Assembly (NCBI GenBank): GCA_003220795.1
Contig: QHTK01000044.1
Span: 14,673 to 78,672 of the forward strand
Reading direction: 5' to 3'
Source: Gemmatimonadota bacterium
GTDB taxonomy: Bacteria; Gemmatimonadota; Gemmatimonadetes; Gemmatimonadales; GWC2-71-9
Length of the DNA stretch: 64,000 bases
The notes beneath the pieces are model-generated. The model worked only from the letters and a program-made list of their open reading frames with translations. It searched no databases and was not told the origin of the DNA. This document shows, in pieces, positions 58,736 to 64,000 of the stretch. The position numbers and the translations under genes are program-made. Numbering within the stretch: the stretch's first letter is position 1; every line of letters starts with the position of its first letter.

Positions 58736-59683
58736 CTACAGTCCCAGCACCTCCACGACGGCCTGCGCGATGGCGGCGTCCTGCACACCCACGCCGGTCA
58801 GGTCCGCGACGGTGATTTCACTCGCTGCTTCGCGTCCCGCGAGCCGGCCCACGGCCAGATCGCCGAGCTCGCCATACACGGTCTCTCTGGTCACCACGCC
58901 GGCGGCGAGGGCGTGGTGCAGGTTGCCGTAGCGCTCCGCCTGAGACACCCGATCGGCGATCAGCTTGTCGGCCTTCCGCAACACGTCCGGCTCGAGCTCC
59001 ATCTTTTCCGGGCTCCCCGTGCCGACGGAGGTGATGTGCATCCCCGGCGTCACCCAGGCGGCCTTGATGAGCGGCGTGGTGCTCGCCGTCGCGGTCACGA
59101 CGATGCGGTGGTCGCGCACCGCGTGCTCCAGCGCGGGGGCAACGCTCGTGGCGACGACCGACGCGAGCTCTTTGGCGAGCGCGTCGGCCCGCTCCGGCGT
59201 GCGGTTCCACAGGGTGAGCCGCTCGAGCGGCAGCTCGGCGATCATCGCGCGCGCCGTGAGCCGGGCGAGGGCGCCCGCGCCCACCAGCAGCGCGTCGCGC
59301 GCGTCCTGCGGGGCCAGGTACTTGAGCGTGAGCGCGACCGCCGCCGCCGTGCGGAGATCGGTGAGGTAGCCGTGCTCCTCGAGCAACAGGTCGGGCGCGC
59401 CGGTCTCGGCGTCGAGCAGCAGAAACATGCCGTCGCCCGACGGTAGCCCGCGGGCGCGGTTCTGGTAGAAGCCGGTCGCCAGCTTGAGGACGATGTGCCG
59501 CGCGCCGCGCAGGTGCGCGCCCTTCACGTGCACCTCGGCGCGCTGCTCGGCGAGCTCGACGACCATCGGATCGGGCAGCGTGGCCTCGCCCAGCGCCAGG
59601 GCCCGGAACCCCCGCTCCACCGCGCGCACGGCGACGGCGAAGGAGATCCTGTCCCGGAACGCCTCGAGCGGGACGACCCGCAT
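58736..59683 (-). CDS. Ornithine cyclodeaminase / mu-crystallin family protein
   Basis: LTDLRTAAA, VGAGALA, DLTGVGVQD. Confidence 0.88.
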   Translation of the reverse strand: MRVVPLEAFRDRISFAVAVRAVERGFRALALGEATLPDPMVVELAEQRAEVHVKGAHLRGARHIVLKLATGFYQNRARGLPSGDGMFLLLDAETGAPDLLLEEHGYLTDLRTAAAVALTLKYLAPQDARDALLVGAGALARLTARAMIAELPLERLTLWNRTPERADALAKELASVVATSVAPALEHAVRDHRIVVTATASTTPLIKAAWVTPGMHITSVGTGSPEKMELEPDVLRKADKLIADRVSQAERYGNLHHALAAGVVTRETVYGELGDLAVGRLAGREAASEITVADLTGVGVQDAAIAQAVVEVLGL

Positions 59684-59684
59684 C

Positions 59685-60809
59685 TCAGTCGGCGAACACG
59701 CGCTTCAGGCCGCGCTCCGTCTCGGCCAGCGCCTCCTGGAAGTGGTGCAGCTCTTCGCCGTAGCCGAAGCGGATGTGATTGGGCAGACCGAAATGCTCGC
59801 CCGGCACGAGCAGCACGGAGTGCTCGGCGCGCACTTTCTCCACGAGTTCGAGCGCGGAGATCGCCTGGCGGTACTTGACGAGACAGATGGCGCCGGCCTG
59901 AGGCGGATTCCAGGTAAAGGTGTCCCCGAAGCGCTGCAGCCAGGCCTCGAGCACGGGGTAGTTCGTCTTGAGGATGCGCCGCGTGCGGTCGAGCAGCTTC
60001 TCGCGCACCCGGGGCTCGAGCGCGACCGCGGCGAGGTGGTCGCTCGCTCCCGCGGGCCCGATCGTAGTGTAGTCGTGTCGTGCCCACGCCTCGGCCGAGA
60101 ACGCCGGCGGCGCGACGATCCACCCGATCCGCAGCCCCGGCAGCCCGTACGCTTTGGAGAGGCCGTTCACGACGATCATCCGCTCGTAGCCGCCCCAGAA
60201 GGACGGCGTCGTGCGGCCGTCGAGCTCGGCGCCCTGGTACACCTCGTCGGCGAGCAGCCAGGCGCCGACTTCGGCTGAGCGCTCGAGGATCAGGCGGCGC
60301 ATCTCGTCCGTCAGCACGTGGCCCGTGGGGTTGTGGGGGTTCGTCACCACCACGAGCTTCGTCCCCGGCGCGATCGCCGTGCGGATCTCCTCGGCCGTCG
60401 GCTCCCACTGGCGCTCGGGGCGGAGCGGGAAGCCGAGCACTTGGGCGCCGAAGTTCTGCGCCAGCCCCCAGGTTTGCAGGTAGTTCGGGAGCATGACCGC
60501 CACCTTGTCCCCCGGCTCGATCAGGCGCCAGCACGCACAGAAGTTCGCCTCGGAGCTGCCGGAGGTGACGAGGATCTGGTCGGGGGAGACGCCGGGGTAG
60601 AGCGCGGCGATTCGACCGCGCAGCAGGTCGGTGCCGTTGGATTGGCTGTAGCCGAGCCGCACCTCGAGCAGCGGGAGCGCCGAGGCGCCGGCGAGGCCGA
60701 GCAGCTCCTGGATCGAGAGGGGGTGGACGCCCGATTCGGAGAGGTTGAACCGCACCCGGTGTTCCCAGGTGCTCTGCCAGCGCTCGAGCTCGAACGGAAC
60801 GAAACGCAC
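59685..60809 (-). CDS. PLP-dependent aminotransferase class I/II
   Basis: NPHNPTG, DEVY, SKAYGLPGLRIGW. GTG 60809 with a GGAGG RBS. Confidence 0.92.
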   Translation of the reverse strand: MRFVPFELERWQSTWEHRVRFNLSESGVHPLSIQELLGLAGASALPLLEVRLGYSQSNGTDLLRGRIAALYPGVSPDQILVTSGSSEANFCACWRLIEPGDKVAVMLPNYLQTWGLAQNFGAQVLGFPLRPERQWEPTAEEIRTAIAPGTKLVVVTNPHNPTGHVLTDEMRRLILERSAEVGAWLLADEVYQGAELDGRTTPSFWGGYERMIVVNGLSKAYGLPGLRIGWIVAPPAFSAEAWARHDYTTIGPAGASDHLAAVALEPRVREKLLDRTRRILKTNYPVLEAWLQRFGDTFTWNPPQAGAICLVKYRQAISALELVEKVRAEHSVLLVPGEHFGLPNHIRFGYGEELHHFQEALAETERGLKRVFAD

Positions 60810-60817
60810 AGGCCCTC

Positions 60818-61459
60818 CTAAGGGGTCAATAAGGTGAGGTCTTCCGGGCGTTCCAGCCAGTAATCGGGGTGGAGGTCTTCCAGGTCCGACCGGCCGAACG
60901 GCCCCCACAGCACCGCGGCGGTCTTCACGCCGGCGGCCCGCCCGCATGCGATGTCATGGCGCGAATCGCCGATGAACACCGCGCCCGTGGCCGGCGCGTC
61001 GAGCAGCTCGAGCGCCTTGAGCACGGGCTCGGGGTGGGGCTTCGGATGCGTCACCTCGTCCGCGCCCACGATCGCGGTGAACGCGTCCTCGAGCCCCGCC
61101 AGGCGCAGGCCGCGCAGCGCACCGCTCCGCATCTTGCTCGTCACGAGGCCGAGCGTCTTGCCCTTGCGCTGCAGTGTCTGCACCGCCGCGACGACGCCCT
61201 CGTACGGCCGCACCAGCGCGTCGTGATGCTCGAGGTTGTAGGCGCGATACGTGGCTACCATCGCCTCGATCTCGGCGGGATCGTCGGTCCAGTCCCGGAA
61301 CTGCACCCACAGCGGCGTGCCGAGGCCCTTCATCCATACTTCATCCGGCGGCTCGAGCCCGCGATGCGCGCGCATGGTGTGGCGATACGAGCGGAGGATC
61401 AACTCGATCGAGTCGATTAGCGTGCCGTCCAGGTCGAACAGGAAAGTGGAAAGCGCCAC
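60818..61459 (-). CDS. HAD-superfamily hydrolase (PpaX/Gph-like)
   Basis: FDLDGTLIDS, KPHPEP, IGDSRHD. Confidence 0.9.
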   Translation of the reverse strand: MALSTFLFDLDGTLIDSIELILRSYRHTMRAHRGLEPPDEVWMKGLGTPLWVQFRDWTDDPAEIEAMVATYRAYNLEHHDALVRPYEGVVAAVQTLQRKGKTLGLVTSKMRSGALRGLRLAGLEDAFTAIVGADEVTHPKPHPEPVLKALELLDAPATGAVFIGDSRHDIACGRAAGVKTAAVLWGPFGRSDLEDLHPDYWLERPEDLTLLTP

Positions 61460-61467
61460 GCCGGAAG

Positions 61468-63798
61468 CTAACCCGGCTCGAACAGCACCGCCGTCACGAG
61501 CGCCGCGCCCGGCGGGTCGCCGTCGTGGTGCCACGGCGCCAACCCCTCGTGCCAGGCCAGGACGGCCCGGACGGTCAGGGGGGTGCGCCGCGCCAGGATG
61601 TGCTCGAGCGACAGCTCCTCTCCCGCCGTCATCCCCAGTGCCAGGCGTGACACGAGCGCGTCGAGGCGGTCGAGCTCGGCGGCCGCTCCGCGCCGGGCCG
61701 CCCGGCGTGCGGCGTCGAGCACCCAAGGGATGAGCCGCCGGCTGAGGCGGTCGGGGTCAGCCGCGCGCCAGCGCACGTCCCCGAGCGCGGCCAACCGGGC
61801 CCGCACGAGCGGGGCAGCGCGGTGAACGGCGCGCGCGAGCCGCTCCCGCGCCACCGGGACCGCCTCCCCTGGGGCGGCGTGCTCCAGCAGGCGGGTCGCC
61901 TCGTCGGGATCGGCCCGGGCGTCGTGCTCGGTCACGACGAACGCTTCGACGAGCGACCCGATCCGTACGACCAGCACGGCGGCGCTCACGGGGGCTCGCA
62001 CTGCCGCCACCGCTCCCTCCGCGGGCGTCGCGACGCCTAGGTACAAACGCTGGAGCCGGTCGCACCAGTCGAGCCGGCCCTGGGCCGCCGCGGGTCCCGC
62101 CACTGATTCAAGCTGGGCGGCGCCGCCCGCGGTCTGCATGCCGAGCTTAGTCGCGAGCCGCCGCTCGAGGGCGAGCGCGCGCTCGAGCCCCGCGGGCGGA
62201 AGAAACGTCACGGTCTCGACCCACGCGTGGGGCGATCCCAGCCGGTCGACCCGTCCCACTCGCTGTGCCAGCCGGGCGGGCGTCCAGGGCAGGTCGTAGT
62301 GCACCACCCGGGTCGCGTCCTGCAGGTTGAGACCCTCGCTCAGGAGGTCGGTCGCGATCAGGACGTCGGTCTCGAGCGCGGGGACGGGTGGCGGCGCGCG
62401 TTGCGCCAGCGGCGCGAACGCCGCCAGCACCTCGGCCCGGCTCGCAGCCTCGGCCCCGAACAGGCCGGCGTCTCCCACGACCGCCGCGACGCGAAGTCCC
62501 CGCAGCCGCCGCAACAGGTACCGCACCGTGGCGCGCGGTTGCACGAATACGATGGTCTTGCCCGCATGCCCGGCGAGCAGGCGCTCGAGGAGAGCGGCCT
62601 TGGGGTCCGGTGCGCCGTCTGCGAGTTCGCGGAGGCGACACACGACGTCGCGGTCCCGCCCGAGCGCGACCCCGGGCCCCGGCTCCAGGAGCAGCGGGAA
62701 CAACGCCAGCTGCAGCTCCTCGCCGTCGGCGCGCGGGAACCAGCGCTGGAACTCCCGCCGCGTGAGGGCGCGACCCTCGACGCCCGCGTCCCGCGCAAGA
62801 TCGAGGAACGCTTCGTAGCGTCGCACACTGGCGCGAAACGCCGGCAGGCTCGACGCCAGGCGGGATAAGAGGACGAGCCGGAACAAGGCTGCCGCGCCGC
62901 CCGGCGGCTCGAGCCGCTGGATCTCCGCGATCACGCCGGCGAGCTGGTCGTCGGGCAGCGGGCCCGCCCGCACGATCTCGCCTTGCCAGCGGGCCGGGAA
63001 TGTCAGCGCGAGCGGTCCCCGCCCGTACGCCGCCTGCACCCGGCCGCGGGAGCGCGCGACGATGAGGCGGGCGGCGACGTTGGCGAGCGTGCCGGCGTCG
63101 AGCGCACCGCGCGCCGCACGGCGCAGCGACGCGATGCCCAGCGCGGCGAGATCGTGATCGCGCAGAAACAGATGGAACAGATTGAAGAGGTCGGCGATGC
63201 GATTGTGTACCGGCGTCGCCGTGACGAGCAGTACGCGCGCACCGACGATCAGTCGGGCGAGGGCCCGATAGCGGTTGGTGGCGGGATTCCGGAAGCGATG
63301 GGCTTCGTCGACGATGAACAGGCAGGACCGTGCAGGACGGTGGAGGGTGGTGGAGGGCGATCGGCTGAGCGACTCGTGTGTCACGATCGCAGCCTCGGCA
63401 TCGTGTGCCGCGAGCAGCGCTCGCCATTGAGGGGCCAGCACGGCGGGTACGACGAGCGCGAAGGGCTCTCCCAGCGCCAGCGCCACCGCGAGCGCGACGT
63501 ACGACTTCCCCAGGCCCACGGCATCCGCGAGCAAGGCGCCCCCGTAACGCCGCATGATGGCGACCAGGCGCTCGGCGGCGGGGACCTGATGTGGCGCGAG
63601 CCACTGCGGCCACGCGGCCTGCGGCGCCGCCAGCGGCGCCAGGTCGAGCAGCGCCCGCGCGCTTGCCGCCGCGACGAGCCCGGGCGGCGCTTCCGCGCCG
63701 GGGCGGAGCAAGCAGGCGAGCGGCTCGGAGAGCGGCGCGAGCTGCTCAGAAAGAATCCGCGGCGCCCGCTGCCAGGGGGGCGAGAGGTGCCAGCACAC
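61468..63798 (-). CDS. SNF2-like helicase (start uncertain)
   Basis: LADAVGLGKS, DEAH, TATP, SEGLNLQ, YDLPW..QRVGRVDR. Confidence 0.85.
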   Translation of the reverse strand: MCWHLSPPWQRAPRILSEQLAPLSEPLACLLRPGAEAPPGLVAAASARALLDLAPLAAPQAAWPQWLAPHQVPAAERLVAIMRRYGGALLADAVGLGKSYVALAVALALGEPFALVVPAVLAPQWRALLAAHDAEAAIVTHESLSRSPSTTLHRPARSCLFIVDEAHRFRNPATNRYRALARLIVGARVLLVTATPVHNRIADLFNLFHLFLRDHDLAALGIASLRRAARGALDAGTLANVAARLIVARSRGRVQAAYGRGPLALTFPARWQGEIVRAGPLPDDQLAGVIAEIQRLEPPGGAAALFRLVLLSRLASSLPAFRASVRRYEAFLDLARDAGVEGRALTRREFQRWFPRADGEELQLALFPLLLEPGPGVALGRDRDVVCRLRELADGAPDPKAALLERLLAGHAGKTIVFVQPRATVRYLLRRLRGLRVAAVVGDAGLFGAEAASRAEVLAAFAPLAQRAPPPVPALETDVLIATDLLSEGLNLQDATRVVHYDLPWTPARLAQRVGRVDRLGSPHAWVETVTFLPPAGLERALALERRLATKLGMQTAGGAAQLESVAGPAAAQGRLDWCDRLQRLYLGVATPAEGAVAAVRAPVSAAVLVVRIGSLVEAFVVTEHDARADPDEATRLLEHAAPGEAVPVARERLARAVHRAAPLVRARLAALGDVRWRAADPDRLSRRLIPWVLDAARRAARRGAAAELDRLDALVSRLALGMTAGEELSLEHILARRTPLTVRAVLAWHEGLAPWHHDGDPPGAALVTAVLFEPG

Positions 63799-64000
63799 GG
63801 CGGTCCGAGGCGTCGAGGTGAAGGAGGTCCGCGACGAAGTCGTCGTCGGCGCCGCCGCTCGAACCGGCCGCAGCGAGCGTGTGCCAGGCGGGCGACTCGG
63901 CGGGCGGGATGGGGAGCTCGCGCACCACCCGCGCGTTGAAGCGATGGAACCCCCCGCGTGCGGGATCCGCCACGAGACGCGCCAGCGCCGTGAGCCAGCG
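63746..64000 (-). CDS. C-terminal end of a probable Eco57I/TaqI-like N6-adenine DNA methyltransferase (truncated by the window)
   Basis: Frame open to the window end. ARGGFHRFNARVVRELPIP resembles a TaqI-C-like tail, and the gene is adjacent to an SNF2 helicase. Confidence 0.5.
   Translation of the reverse strand, partial: RWLTALARLVADPARGGFHRFNARVVRELPIPPAESPAWHTLAAAGSSGGADDDFVADLLHLDASDRRVLAPLAPLAAGAADSF

Noticed and set aside
58736-61459. HAD-aminotransferase-OCD cluster as a novel pathway
   Set aside because: Common families, and nothing in the sequence specifies a substrate.

Overview
High-GC bacterial chromosomal window. Gene content (DUF5916, membrane Ser/Thr kinase, TSP3-OmpA proteins) suggests Gemmatimonadota, but this is inference only. 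Most of the window is housekeeping or envelope: fused E1 dehydrogenase, lon, peptidases, an aconitase-family protein, pfk, ispH, msrA, pheA and pit. The standout is a DNA-damage island at about 38.9-54.6 kb. It holds lhr, an imuB-DUF6504-dnaE2 mutagenesis cassette with no imuA, two divergent DUF72 paralogues, three paralogous small HTH-like genes, an SPL-like radical SAM gene and an unannotated 48-aa zinc-ribbon microprotein. Three of its promoters share a TTCG-N7-TTCG direct-repeat box, and two copies are identical over 19 bp, which makes it a candidate lineage-specific SOS operator. Other signals missed by the ORF track: a SelW/Rdx selenoprotein (CxxU with a SECIS-like hairpin) coupled to pfk; stop-free 7-bp GCGGAAT arrays inserted in frame in DNA-repair genes, including a perfect 34-bp inverted repeat around DUF6504; six apparent leaderless starts; a 20-bp palindromic TrmB operator; and a sigma54 promoter before lon. 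A truncated MTase-like gene plus SNF2 helicase sits at the right edge. No rRNA, tRNA, CRISPR array or transposase was recognised.
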